64,000 nucleotides of DNA, taken from Nemertoderma westbladi (Eukaryota; Animalia; Xenacoelomorpha). Shown piece after piece: positions 37,676-51,431 of this stretch. A program made the translations under genes and the position numbers. The notes below the pieces were generated by a model. The model ran no database searches. It saw nothing but the letters and a program-made list of their open reading frames with translations, and had not been told where the DNA came from. Location of the stretch: NCBI GenBank assembly GCA_032718475.1, contig JAUCBJ010000648.1, positions 62,001 to 126,000 of the forward strand. The letters are read 5' to 3'. Positions within the stretch are counted from its first letter, which is position 1. Each line of letters starts with the position of its first letter.

Positions 37676-38917
37676 TGTAAAAGCTTCTGTGGGATATAAC
37701 TGGCCCTTTTGCTTCGCAATCCAGTTTCCCCCCAGGCACTGGAATACTCTAAAAGGCTCTCTAACTATATATATATTCCCCTCGCCCGCAAGGTACCGTT
37801 ATAGGTGTTTTAACGGACATAAAAGTCATTCTTCTATATACGTGCTTTGGAGGACATGGTAAGGCAAAAAACCCGCAATGCACCAAATACCCTTACACAG
37901 CTTAGCCTGGATGATTCAGATTGCGACATCTAACAGCTGGTTGCTGACATGGAAACGGCCATTGGACACATGGTTCTTTGTTTAGCTTAAGCCAATCAGA
38001 GCGATTTTTTCTGTCGATGTGGAGATATTCGGCCGATCATACTAGGAGTGTTCAGTCTTACTGTTTTGGTGATACTGTTGTGTTGTTGCTATATAGGCCA
38101 GGAACACCGGCTCTAGAGTCAACTCGTTTTCATACTTTAGAAGAAACATTAGTAGGCTTAAGATTATAGAGCGTATAACTGTTATCAACTCACATATCGG
38201 TCCAGTCAAACAGTGTTAACATCTTAACCTACCGTCTTAATGCTATTTACTGTTGTGTTTTGATTGAATATTATTTGGAGAACATTTATAAAGAACCCAA
38301 ATTTCCCAATTTTCTTGATACACTACAGGTTAGAGAGAAGGGTTATATATAGCGATTGCGACTTATATTATTGTGTTTGTAGTGAATTTAATGCTATTTG
38401 ATAAGCACTACATGGGTCCGTTGCTGTTCTCTTTATATATGATAAAATTCATTGACGGTCGGCAAATTAGTGAGCAGTATTGTGTGTTACCGGTAGTGTG
38501 CATGATTGTGACTGATAACTAAGCATTTCCTAAAGAATGCGCCTTATACGTGAATCATAAGCCTTACCGACTTACCGTTGTGATTAGTATAAGTCATATC
38601 TCTGTTTACCTAGATAGAGCGCCACGTCCTAAAGGAACTGTTAATATTTCCCGAAAGTGAATAATATTGGTCAGAAATTATTTATTAACGATCAATCGAA
38701 TAATACAGTAAGCTTACACTGCAATAATAATCTAAGCCCTCAGAATCCAGTCTCCCGGGTATATCCAGCGGGTGAATGGACGCGCACTAGGCTGGCTTCT
38801 GCTAATGTTGTGTTTATTGGTATTAAATATTTGTCATCTTCTAAAGTCTATTTATAAACCAAAAGACATATAAATTTTGGCAGGTTAAACTGCTAAAGGT
38901 CTTCAAAAGCGCGTACA
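37676..38917 (+). repeat. 3' LTR of C
   Basis: Direct repeat of 26364-27605. Confidence 0.96.
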
Positions 38918-38922
38918 GCGGT

Positions 38923-40940
38923 TGCCAATACTGCGAGCAGCTAGGCAAGCGACACACCACTCATAAGTTAAGAGGTTGTCGGTTATTTCGCGAGTTAAAC
39001 TCGGAAGAACGACGGCTGCAGATACGGCCATTGGACTCTTGTTGGTGGTGTACGCAACACGGACATGTTCGCAAGGACTGCCCAAATACGGACACCTGTC
39101 CTTTCTGTGGACGCAACCACGACGGCTTGCTCCATACAGACAGCCATACGCCGACCAAACGCTTCACTAGGGAACACCCGGAAGCAGCAGTGAAATGTAA
39201 TACGGCCTACAAGAATTGTGAATCGAGAACGACTCCAACTTTCGTGACGCATATTCGGGATTGTTTTCCGGAGCAGTCCGGGTCTTCTGACGAAGAAACC
39301 GAAGATGATGACGCGTACTCAGTCGGAGACGAACAACCATCGATCGCGCTTCTGACGACTGACCAACTAAAAGGTTTCAGCATAATTCCTATTAAGATTA
39401 CTGGCACCAAAGGGAGCAAAAGGATCTACGCTATCCTGGATTTAGCCTAATCTCATAGCTATGTGGATGAGAAGGTAGCTGATGTCGTGACGGATCTCCG
39501 ACAAGGTAAGAACGTCAGTTACACCGTAAGTAGTATGCATGGACAACGTGCAATACCAGTGACACGAGTTAAGTTAAACTTAGACACTCTTCTTCCGAAA
39601 TCGCAACACAGCGAAAAGGAGAGGTCTTTGTTACCCTTCAAGGATTTGACTTTTGCGGCCACCAAGGACTTTAGTAACCTACTGGGTCCAGTGCCGGAAC
39701 AATCCTTAGAGGATCGTAAGTATTTCAGACACCTTGGTGTACCTGAATGTCCTGTCAATTATAGATCGGTAGCAATGCTGATCGGGACAGATCAATTCAA
39801 TCTACATCAAGTGTGGGAAACCAGACCATCGGTAGTCGTAGCAGGAAATGCATACGCCTGTAGAACGCCGATAGGTTGGTTTACTCGAGCGCCTGTGCGC
39901 ACACTAGATATAAGTGACGAAGAGGATGATGTACAAAGTACATGTAGTTTATTAACTACAACTTCGATTCATTCCTTTTCACCTGACATAGACTATACTA
40001 CACTACGTTCGACAAAACACGACAACGTGACAAGTACGACGTGTGTAGCAAATACGGTAAGTCATAGAAAGCAGCGCCACAACATTAGTATAGAGTGTGA
40101 GAAGAAGACGAGTCAGGCAGAGGTTCCATCGACGACAGATGATAACGCCGGAAGGCTTGCGAGTCTACCTCAACCAATAACGTTAACGATGCCCGTCGAT
40201 GTCGATGTCGACACATTAAAGAATTATCAAGTGGAACAAGCTGCACTAGACAAAGAATTAACAGAGAAAACTATCAGGTGGTTAGAACAAGATACAGCAG
40301 AACCCGGTAGTTACGAACCATGTATGTCGGAACAAGAGAAACAATCTTTGAAGATCATGGAAGATACTATCCGCCAGACGAAAGACGGACATTATGAGGT
40401 AGGGATGCTATGGTGTAACCAACGTCCTAAACTTATAAATAACTATCCGCTAGCCTTAAGACGTTTACACTCAATACGACAACGTCTATTAAAGGACGAG
40501 AAAGCCCATCTGCAGTATAATACTCAGATGGAGACGTATTTAACGAAGGGATACGCTATCAGAATGACTAACCCAGAGATTGTGACTGACCAGACATACT
40601 ACTTGCCACATCACTACGTGAGACACCCCGATAAACCAGACAAAGTACGTGTAGTCAATGACTGCGCGGCTCTGTTTGAGGGAATGTCCCTCAATAGTGA
40701 GTTGATGGATGGACCAAACATGAATAATTATCTCATGGGGGTGATTATGCGCTTCCGTCAGCGTCAAGTAGCCTTTACTTGTGACGTCAAAGCTATGTTT
40801 CACCAAGTGCGAGCGTTAGAGCGAGACAGAGACAGTTTGAGGTTCCTCTGGTACCCGGAAGGAGACTTAAGTCTACCACCGGCGACTTACCAAATGCAAG
40901 TTCGCGTTTTCGGTGCCAGGGACAGCCCAAATTGTACTAT
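38923..40940 (+). pseudogene. Element B gag-pol continuation (zinc knuckles, protease with a stop, RT N-terminal half); rest of pol deleted
   Basis: CWWCTQHGHVRKDC; ILDLA* (TAA 39448-39450); YLPHHYV, DVKAMFHQV, FGARDSPNC, then homology to A pol ends before YMDD. Confidence 0.9.
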
Positions 40941-43892
40941 GTCGCGAGCCTACCTTACCATTGGACGTCACACGATCAAACTCCAGCTAAGGAGATGACA
41001 CCGGAAGTTTTCGAAAGCATAAACTTTGCTCAAAATGTTATTCAGAGACTACAGATTGCATCCCCGGAGAGGACAAGAGAAATGCAACCATATAGTACTT
41101 CGACTACGAAACCATTGAGTACGACACTCAATTTTCCTATTAGTATACCAGTCCGACAGGATACGACGTACGAAATACCCATCGTGGATCATCCAGAAAT
41201 TATTTCATCAAACTTGGAGTTTCTTCCTGCAGTTGTTTTTAGCGATATGGGTAAGATATGTGATTTACGTAGACATATTACTCAAAAGGTCGTGTATAAC
41301 GTTCCACCTCATATTCAAGACTTTAGGGAACTGGATAGAGCTGGTGCTGATATAGCTCCGAGTAATTTGAAAGGATATTTAACCAGAACGATTCGTTTAT
41401 GGATTGGAACTGGAACCTTCGAGTCAGATACAGATATTGCCACGAATTGGCAAGGTAAGGTTATTCGTTTCGAAGATGATAAGGACATAGAGAAGATTTG
41501 GCAACCTTCGGAAGAATTGTTGGACGAATGGAATAGAACGTTTAGATCGTTTCAGGAAAATGGTTACATGTTTTACGATAACGAGGGCGGCAGTCATCAA
41601 CAGAGTTTGACTTCTAAGACTATACAAATTAGAGCGACGGACGGAGTCTTGCACATTTTCAGTAGACAGAGGAGCGACAAACGAATGCCGATACCTCCAG
41701 CAAATACAAAGCGACACCATCTCATCACTGACATAGTAAAGAAGATGGACCAAGCTTTTAATATCGATGCTAGAATGCTACCGAAGATGGTAAGAAATAT
41801 GATTTTAGATAACACTGTTGTAAAGATTGGATCAGGAGTAAGAGAGGACTTAATTAGCGACTTCGCCGGCATGACGAACAGCGATGACCGACTACCGACA
41901 CCTTACGTCGACACTCGACCTCTTATTCTGTGGTCTATAGAACAAGGATATTTTCGTGAGTATAATACTCAGAAGACCGGATCTGGATACATTTCCTACC
42001 TGTTATTCAATTGGGATTATAAGGAAAGTAAGAGAACCAAGTATATTGAGACTTATGGAGAAGGTGATACTCCAGATATGAGTGAGTTTGAATCACAGCT
42101 CAAATGGAGAGGATGCGTGTATTGGGCTATTACGTCACCTCCAAGAGCGGTCCTACAATATTATTTAGCAATAGAGTTGTCAGTGAATGTTTGCTTAATC
42201 GCCGACATTGTGTCTCAGACTCTTAAAAGACATCCACTTTGTCTCGGAGAAGATCATACGTTCTACATGGAAGGGAGAATTCATACCGACGTGTTTAGAC
42301 GATTTCTTGAACCCTTCTACAACTCCGACGCTCAGTGCAATGCCTTTACTTGAGCAGGATTTAGTATATTTCGAGACGTGTATCTTCGCTGTGCGGGATC
42401 TCTTATCGAAAGACCATCTATGTTTACATTGTTACCCTATGAAGGAGAACGTATCGTGGAGATTACGGATGAATCACGGCAGACGCGCGCGCCTATCGGT
42501 CACCTTGGTGATGATTTCGAAGTAACGACGACGATCACTGACGATCCTTTAGAGGAACTTCTTGAGATAGAAAGGAACCTCCCGAAGAAATCTCAGGCGG
42601 AGATTCGACAACTTGAAGCAACAGATGCTGTAGTTTGTATACAACCTTCAGAAACCTACCAACCCATAGATCCAGATGATTATGATTATAGTGTGGGAGG
42701 AAGAGCTCGACCAATTGGAGATCTTATATACGAACGAGTGTGGTACCCTGCCAATACGATGTGTGGTAAATGTGGCGTCGCTGGACATCATTCGACCAAG
42801 TGCAGTGGAAAGCACATTACTACGACTCAACTAATCTGTGGATGGTGTGGGGATCAAGGGTCTCATACCTTTTATACTTGCTGGAGATTTATGGCTCAAT
42901 GTACTTATTGCAATATAAAGGGACATCGAGCATCTGAATGCCAACTAAGAGACATACCTTATGAACACGAATCTGTAAAACTCGTGAGAAAACTATTCGA
43001 TGAGTGGGAAGATTTAGCCGACGAACATGTATCGGCACAAAGAAGACGATTCCCGATGAGAGCGCATCTTGGATTTTGGGCGGTAAATCCCCAAACGATG
43101 ATGTCGGAAGGATACATCTCCGCTATGCCCCAATATGACAAACTTATCGAGGTAGTCGACATTTTGCCTCACGATAGTGGATTTAGAGTGGTGCGCGAGT
43201 ATCTGTTACAGATTCACCCGGACAATAAGAATACGTGGAATTTTCAGAAAGTTGTTAATCGTATCACGTATGGTGAATTTGATCGTTTCCGAACTGAAAA
43301 GCGGAATAAGGGAGCTTGGTTAACCGTCGCATGGGCATACCGAGCCGCGTTTTACCACAAACGTATACGAGCGAGCGTATTCGAGGAAGAGGAGATCCTA
43401 GAGGCGACAAATATACCAGCCACTCCGGTTGCGCCGTCTGCACGTCACCCTCGGGAGGACGGACAGGGTAGGATCATAAGGGTCCAGAAAGTGAGCCAAC
43501 AATTAAAGAAGTCTATTAATATAGAAGAACGCAAGGGAGTTGAGCCGACCATTCGAATTACTCGGGATACGGTATCGCTTCCTAGAGAACCAACAGGAGG
43601 ATCGGGACATACACCAGCTGATCAAAGGGGGGCGCAAGCTACTCTTGGGTCTGCGTCGTCCGCTTCCCGCGCGTTCCCAGACGTTTTACCAACTGTAGTG
43701 ACAACTGATCGGTCACGAGGAATCGGTCGAGGTTTCGGGATACCAAATAGACGAATTTGTGAGGAAATGGTCGCACCGTCTCCCAACGTACAAGCGAAAC
43801 CAGTGACTCGCCCCACGAGTCCCATATCGCGAGCAAAGTCACCTGTGCGCAGTTTTCGAGGACGCGGCTGGGCTCGATCTACTAAGCAATAA
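40932..43892 (+). pseudogene. Element B extra ORF2: DEDD(y)-like 3'-5' exonuclease, three CCHC knuckles and a disordered tail; one in-frame TGA
   Basis: ORFs 40932 and 42378 share a frame with only TGA 42351-42353 between them; FYDNEG, IQIRATDGVLHIF, LPKMVRNMILDNTVVKIGSGVREDL, YVDTRPL, YLAIE; CGKCGVAGHHSTKC, CGWCGDQGSHTFYTC, CTYCNIKGHRASEC. The true start may be lost in the deletion. Confidence 0.75.
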
Positions 43893-44640
43893 AAGGGAGG
43901 GCAAGGGTGGACGGAAGACTCGTGAGCCTTTCTTGTGAATTTTGTGATTTATTTGAGTTATATATTTTATATTTAGTAAGATTTATATTTAGTAAGAATT
44001 TATATTTGCAAGATTTATATTTTATATTTGTGTTTATTCCGAACTTATGCAATTTATATTGTTCCGAATATTATGCAATTTATATCTTATAAGCAGTATT
44101 TGTATTTACAATGAAATAGAAAGTAAGAGTAGATGGAAGACTCGTGGGCCTTTCTTATAGTTTCATTTGTAAAGCATTATATTTTGTATTTAGAAAGTTT
44201 TATAGTTAGAAAGTTTTGAACTTAGAAAGACTCATATTTGTAATTATTCCGAACTTATGCAATCTACATTTAGGCACGAAAGTATTTGTAATTATTTGAA
44301 TTTATGCAATATTTGAGATGCAAGAGTAGATGGTAGACTCGCGAGCCTTTCTTATGATTTTCATTTATTTGTATTTGTAATTATTTTGTATTTATGCAAT
44401 ATCGAGATGCAATAGATTTATATTGGTGAATTTAATTTAGATTTATATTGTACTTACTTAGTAAAGCCTTAAATATGTAAGGTTTGAATTTCTAATTATT
44501 TTGTATCGAATTATTATGTAGAAAGGAAGTATTGCTTGAAATTTAATTTGTAAATATGTAGGTACGCCCCAAGTATTCTATAATTTGATGGATTATTGGT
44601 GAAAACCGTATATTTTATGCACGATAATATCCTGTTTTCA

Positions 44641-44648
44641 TGGAGCGG
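44641..44648 (+). promoter_or_regulatory. Polypurine tract of B
   Basis: TGGAGCGG abuts the 3' LTR. Confidence 0.8.
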
Positions 44649-46542
44649 TATAGAATTATATTCTCTAAATGCCGTGGATTTTCAAAATTTTATTTTATTC
44701 GAATTAACTTTGTTATAAAGATTACATTAAGTCCTCATTTGTATTTACTATATCTATTTGTACGATGATTATTCAAGTGGTTCAGTAGCTCAGTCGGTAA
44801 AGCGTTGGAAATTATATGTAGTAGGTATTGAGTTCGAATCCTAGTAGGTGCGAATTATTTTTTGTGCAGAATTTCAACTCATTTAAATTAACCACTACAA
44901 ATTAAATTACATTTGCCTGTACCTAGATTAACCAATGGGACTGTAGTTATTAGATAGTAACCAATGTCGTGCAAGTTATATATTCGCTGGACCAATAGTT
45001 ATCTTTAAAAACCTATTAGAACTCATAGAACAATCGAGAATTTTCTCGATTGATTGCAGCACAAATTTGCTATAAAAGGTGCGATTTCGTTCATTAGTTA
45101 ACACAGTTGCAGACCGTTATTCTCACTTACATCCATTAGTTATTTCAGATTACATTGTATACATTATTATAATTGTTGGTTATCTGTAATAAAGTCAGAA
45201 TTATCGCTATATCTGCCCCTTTTCTATCATGTTTTACCACGGTGAACTTAACTGAGCTACAGGATGGCAGGCTAAACATCGGGCCACAGCAATGAACGGG
45301 AAAATCTGAGGAATGTAGACAGGAGACAACCCGCAATATCATTCTTAGTTATTCGCCCATCGCCTGAAAGGTTAGACAGCGTTCAATGCCTTGCTATCTA
45401 AGTGTAAGACCAAAGATCGAAGGTAGAGGTAGTGACACACTGTGCGCCAAAAATTACATCTAGGGACCGTACTGTCTTAATTCAGAGAAAACCCACAGTA
45501 GACCTTCGTATTCCTACGGGGGAGAGGAGAGGAGCTCAGGCAGAGATACTAGTACACAGATAGGACGCAGGCACACAGGTACAAGGCATACACATTGGTA
45601 GGGTGCAGCAAACTGTACGCCTAACTCTTGCTAAGTACAGGTGCGTCTGTGACTGTTTGTAGTACAACGGTGTCCATTGCATTAGAACTTGTAGGCCAGA
45701 AGGGTTGCTGTGTTTTACCTGAATTAGGATTGTACCGTTCAGGCGGTAGGGCAGTTTACAACTAGGCGCAAATAAATTGAGGCTATTTAGGGATACTAAC
45801 ATCTACCGTGTCCCCGCCAACATTCTGTTAGGAAGTTGCTGTGCCCATCTAAGCAACTAAAATTCTAGATAAGAACACCAGCCTAGCTATTAGTAACTGT
45901 ACGCCTACTGTAGTAAACTAACACATTTCTTCTTAGTATTAGGGACCTGGTAAATTAAGTTGCCGAATTCTGGGCGTAGTATTAACCTTATGCCTGAATT
46001 TGAGTCCTGGAAATACACAAAAGGGGAAGGAGCCTTATCATTCGTGAGTATTGGACCTACAAGTTACAAAATTAGAACATTTGCAAAATGTACACTGGAC
46101 CCAGTAATTATATATATGAAGGAGCAAAACTGACTTTGACTGTTTAGAATCAAGACACACGCGCGTTAGAAATTATTTACACCTCAAAATATATAAAATA
46201 ATTTTTGTCCATACTGTGCTTTGCCCGCTAGTTAGACCTTTCTGCACCTAGCTAGCGTCTCTTTCGCCCAACCATATAAATCACACCGCGCCAAAGTATA
46301 CCAGCGCCCTTAGTCCGTCAGTGAGTCAGCCTGATTTAGGATTCGCTGCGCGGGATTTTGTTTTATCGAAGTTTGTCCGTTCGTAGACTGTTTTCTGCCT
46401 CACCAGTTATAAGAGACCGATACTGCAATATATATTCGCTTACTTGGAGTTTACTGTTTTGGTGAGAAGGTCGGATTAAGATTTGATTCACAAACTTTAC
46501 AGTAGGATATTGCAGGGTATTTTGTTACTGTCTCTTCGAATA
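44649..46542 (+). repeat. 3' LTR of B
   Basis: Direct repeat of 20445-22338. Confidence 0.95.
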
Positions 46543-46547
46543 ATGAG

Positions 46548-49500
46548 AATGAAGACTTATCCGGCCCAGTGGTTACATACCAGATGTACGTTAGAATATT
46601 TGGTGCCCGCGATAGTCCAAATGGCACGCTGTTTGTTCTAAAGAAAACGGCAACAGCCCAGATTGGTAAGTATCCAGTGGAAGTGATCGAGTCCATCTTG
46701 AGAAACTTCTATATGGACGACGGATTGGTGTCCAAGGACACGGCGGAGCAAGCCATAGAAGTAGCTCACGGCCTGCAAGAGTGCTTGGCTACAGGGGGAT
46801 TTCCTCTGACCAAGTTCACTACGAATTCGAAGGCCCTATTAGAATCGTTCCCGGTAAAAGATCGTGGGAGCGGAGACATTGAATTGGGGGTAGAACCAAT
46901 TCCCATGGCGCGAGTACTGGGACTCGCTTGGAATCCAAACTCGGATAAATTCCAGGTAAGAGTTAGATTTGAGCCCAGTAGCCCAGACAAAGTTTTGACT
47001 AAGAGAATTTGCCTATCGACATTAAGTAGACTATTTGACCCGATGAACTTTATCAGTCCGGTAATATTACAGGCACGAGCGTGCATGAGGAAAATTTGGT
47101 TGTCCGACATAGAGTGGGACGAACCAATATCTCCTATACATGCAAAGCAGTGGAGGGAGTGGGAAGCCGAGTTACATCTATTGAAAAATATAGATGTACC
47201 CCATTCCTACTTTCCGAATCAGCTGGTATTCCCAGCTGATCTCGAACTCCACTTATTTAGTGACGCAAGTGACACCGGCTTTGGTATGGTAGCCTACCTT
47301 CGCCGAGAGGTGAGTCAGGACAAATTTGAGACGGCTTTTGTGACTTCTAGATCAAAGACAATGCCGGTCAAATACATGACTGTCCCTCGTGCAGAGTTAC
47401 AGGCGGCTGTAGTTTCAGTTGAGGTAAGTAAGCAGATAACAGAGGAATTAGACACGACATTGACCTTATTCTATTGGACGGACGCATCCTTAGTGTTAGT
47501 ATACATTGTGGCCGACAATATTGCACTAAAGACATTTGTGGCCAATAGTCGCGCTCAGATCGTCGACTTTTCGACGAAGGAACAATGGAGACATTGTCCA
47601 GGAGTGTTAAACCCGGCCGACATAACTTCGAGAGGTGCAATGCCGGCGGAATTCTGTCAGGAAGAGTCGCAGGAGTTTTGGTTGCATGGACCTGATTTCC
47701 TAACGAGGACACAGGAACATTGGCCGGAGCGACTAAAGATAGTGACCAATCCGATGCCTGAAGATGCAGAAGTCAAGGTGGAGAAAGTCTCTAAGTCGAA
47801 GTCTAAAGCCAAACTTAAGTCATTGGAGCGGCTTGAAGAGTCATTGGAGCGGCCCGGAGACCTGTCAGACCTACAGACTTACGTGACTACTAGGTCAGGA
47901 AGGGTAAGTTATGACGTAAAACCACCCTTACAGACTAAACCAGAGTCACAATTGGTAAGTGACGGACAGAAAATGACCGACACAATGGAGCCTTTGGTTT
48001 CCAAACCTGCGGGTTTGGATTCGAAACTTCCATCAATTAGCGGACAACCGTCGCTGGCATTAGAGCCATGTAGTATTTATGACAAATTACTAAATTCGTC
48101 TGCCTCTTGGCTGACAATTTGTAAAAGAACTGCGTGGTTAAGCCGATACATTTCGTACCTTTGTATAAAACATTTGGAACATTTGAGAGAACAAACGAGC
48201 GCTAATATTGAGCGAATTCAGAAATTGAAACAACCTCTGACAGAGGATGAGATTGATCAAGCGGAATTAAAGCATTTGAAGCATTATCAAATGTGTGCCT
48301 TCCCAAAAGAATTCCATCTATTATCGGCTCAACGACCAGTTCTCTATAAACCCCTTAGAAAATGGAGTCCATTAATCCATAAGGGTTTAATTTGTCATAG
48401 ATCGAGAATCCAGACTGTCGACATAAACTCACAGTTTCGGTTCCCAGTGATAATCCCTAGTCACCCAATAGAATTGCAAAGAGCGATTCTATGGGATATA
48501 CACAAGAGGTTGCATCACGCGGGAAAGTTACACTGTTTGTCGGCAGCGAGACAGCGATTCATTCTATTGCAGCCAAGCAGGGCAGCAGGCACTATGTATG
48601 ACGCCTGTCTGGTTTGCAAGAGGGTGAACGCCAGAGTATTGGAACAGGAGATGGCTGAACTCCCGGAAGCGAGAGTGCAGGCATATGACCCACCCTTTAC
48701 GAACACAGGGGTGGACTGTTTTGGTCCGATTGAAGCAAAGAGTGGACGGCTGACCCACAAGCGATGGGGTCTGCTACTGACATGCATGGCTAGTAGAGCC
48801 ATACACATTGAGCGTGTGGCAGACATGTCGACCAAATCTCTGCTCCTGGCCTTAAAGAGATTTATGGCCAGGAGAGGACTAGTAAAAGCGTTTTACTCTG
48901 ACAAGGGTACAAACTTTGTCGGAGGGAATAGCGAGTTGAACACGGCTCATAAAGCGGCGCAGAATAAGGAAATTTCTGCAGCACTTTTGCCGCAAAGAGT
49001 AGAGTGGAGATTTAATACTCCAGAAAGTCCTTGGAGAGGAGGAAGTTGGGAGCGTTTAGTTCGCTCTGTAAAACAGGCCATTGCCAAGACGTTGCCTGTA
49101 AACAAACAACTTACCGACGACGAACTGGTCACAGCTTTCATCGAAATCGAGCATACCCTAAACTCGAGGCCGATAGCTATGTTGCCAGACGGTGTTGCAT
49201 TAACGCCGAATCATTTGCTAATGCAGAGTCCAGCGTTTCTTGTGCCGGCATCAGAACCCATTAGTGCCGACCTATACAGTCGTAAGAGCTGGAAAATAAC
49301 CCAATTTGTCGCGTACACATTCTGGGAATATTGGCGGGAATATTATCTTCCCACCATATCCACCAGATCAAAGTGGTACAAAACGGTTCGGAGTCTCCAA
49401 AAGGGAGATTACGTATTGATAACCGAACCTATTGTCAAGAGAAAATATTGGGAGACAGGAGTGATCTTGCATACACACCCAGACGTGCAAAACATAGTGC

Positions 49501-49664
49501 GCACAGTCACTGTAAAAATTAGGTGCAAGTGTCCGCACCCAAAGAAGTGTAAAACTAATGGTTTACACACCTTGGACCGACCGGTCCAAGATATCGTGTT
49601 ATTAGAGGAGACACGCATCGAGACGGGAGATTATAATTTGTCTCCTGCCTCAAAACAGAATTAG
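46548..49664 (+). pseudogene. Element A pol, 3' part (RT, RNase H, integrase); open frame
   Basis: FYMDD, RVLGLAW, LHLFSDAS, VPRAELQAA, HKRLHH...CLVC, GVDCFGP, YSDKGTNF, GGSWERLV, FWEYWREYYLP. Confidence 0.95.
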
Positions 49665-50441
49665 TGTTGGACGCAACTCACTTCGTATGCATTCCTCGTA
49701 TGCAAATACAAGGAAATGCATAGGAGCGGGGTTGTGGTGATTTGCGTTGAGTTTTGTCTGGTGGGTATTAAAACAAAATTTTATTTCAAAAATTTTTTGG
49801 AAAATATAAAATTTTAAAATTTTAGAAGCGAACCCAAGACAATTCCAGACGCTGTGTATAGACGCGTTTTTGAATTCGTCTATAGATAAACAGTAATTTG
49901 AAAAGTCGTGAAGCCTGGAAAATAGCATTTAGAAACCATGGTGACGGCTATATTACGTAGGAGTGTAAATTGAGTTTAGCAACTTCCACAGATTGGTGCC
50001 AACAGTGCAACTAGGTGCTAAAGGTTAGTAGCACCAAAGGCGTACACGGACCCCACTCAGTAGTTTGCAGTGAAGTGTGATGTTCGATTATCAAACCTGT
50101 GGGTTTGGTATAGTCGAGTATTGAGGCTATGATCCTTTCTAACTACTGTAGTTTAGTACGAGTAATGGGAGTAGTTTGGGCATCAAAAAGTGAGTTGGTC
50201 ACGGCCAGTTTATCTCCAAAGTTTTTGCGCTATGCATGGGAATAGGTTAGAGGATAGTTAGTTAGGAAGAGACGGGATCTAGAGAGTCGAACCTGAACTA
50301 CTGGAAGGCGGGGGGGGGGGGGGGGTTCGGGAGGTCTGTCCTTTGGCGACATCTAACTGATTTACCCACAGTGTAATTGGTTACGTAACGGATAATTATT
50401 GGGGTAATTATTGGAATATATATGTATATACGCGGCGTATA

Positions 50442-51431
50442 ATGGAGAAGGATATTAGAGCGCAACCGCGCAGAGGATTTACTGCCAGAGAGGAGGCGGA
50501 GTTACCATTCGCGCGACCAGGATGTAAAGATTCGAACGTTTACTACCATGGGAGGTCGGTGATGGAGCTAAATGGGAAATATAAACCCACTTATGATAAG
50601 GAATTATGGAGGGAAAGAATGAGAGCGTTGGGGGACCGTATGGAAGTTTTGCGGAAAGAGTATCGCACTCGGTATCCCTACGACTTCGCTTTAGACGTAT
50701 GTGACATTAGTGCAGACCCGGATGAGGAGATCGCACGGCTGTACCATATGAATATGTATTTACGACATGAAGAACCCCTACCTGCAGTCTGCGATCAGTT
50801 CGACGGAATGCATCTGTACCGGAGGACTCGAGGCGAGGATCAGGAGACGCCGAAAATCTTCAGCGTGTACAAGTTGTTTTATAAGTGTGGTGAATGCATG
50901 AACAAACAAGACGTGGCGATTCCCGACCGACTAGACGAGCAACATCCAGAACCGATATTAACGCGATGTCAAGCTCACCAGTTCCTTAGATATAACGAGG
51001 GAGGTTACCCGATGAGCAACCCGATGATCAGTATCGACTTCAGCGGAAAGCGACCTCCAAGACCCATTACGCCGACCGTTACGACATTAGATCCGTATAC
51101 GGAGATTAAACCCTGTTCGACACCCAGTTTGATAGACACGGCGGCGGCCATTTCACTATACCGAGCCTATAAAGACCTAGAGGCGCGGCGCGAAGCGGCA
51201 CGGGACTCGAGTTCCTGGACCACGTTCACTTCGCTTCACCAGGAGAGGAAGCTCACGCCTGAGTATCCAGACGAGATTCGCGCCGTCCATCCTTCTACTA
51301 ACTATACCCACGATCCGCGGTTTATACGATATTTACTCCAAATTATTTCGGGAAGTTTCGACGAACGCATTATTAAGCCCGAATATGTCCAATCCTTTAT
51401 ATATCATCGTCACTCTGATATATACGTCTAG
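50442..51431 (+). CDS. Element A extra ORF (329 aa, unknown function)
   Basis: ATG-initiated ORF between pol and the PPT; CGEC...CQAH possible metal site; no signal peptide or transmembrane segment visible. Confidence 0.6.
   Translation: MEKDIRAQPRRGFTAREEAELPFARPGCKDSNVYYHGRSVMELNGKYKPTYDKELWRERMRALGDRMEVLRKEYRTRYPYDFALDVCDISADPDEEIARLYHMNMYLRHEEPLPAVCDQFDGMHLYRRTRGEDQETPKIFSVYKLFYKCGECMNKQDVAIPDRLDEQHPEPILTRCQAHQFLRYNEGGYPMSNPMISIDFSGKRPPRPITPTVTTLDPYTEIKPCSTPSLIDTAAAISLYRAYKDLEARREAARDSSSWTTFTSLHQERKLTPEYPDEIRAVHPSTNYTHDPRFIRYLLQIISGSFDERIIKPEYVQSFIYHRHSDIYV

Larger units (their letters stand above)
26364..38917 (+). mobile_element. Element C: internally deleted BEL/Pao LTR retrotransposon inserted into B gag
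   Basis: TSD GCGGT at 26359-26363 and 38918-38922; removal restores B ...DFSGCQYCEQL... Confidence 0.96.
20445..46542 (+). mobile_element. Element B: BEL/Pao LTR retrotransposon inserted into the RT of A
   Basis: TSD ATGAG at 20440-20444 and 46543-46547; removal restores A ...FLWYENEDLSGPVVTYQM... Confidence 0.96.

Noticed and set aside
35465-49729. Internal PPT copies (GGAGCGG at about 35466 and 49723)
   Set aside because: The 7-mer also occurs in coding sequence (about 47825 and 47846); not distinguishable from chance.
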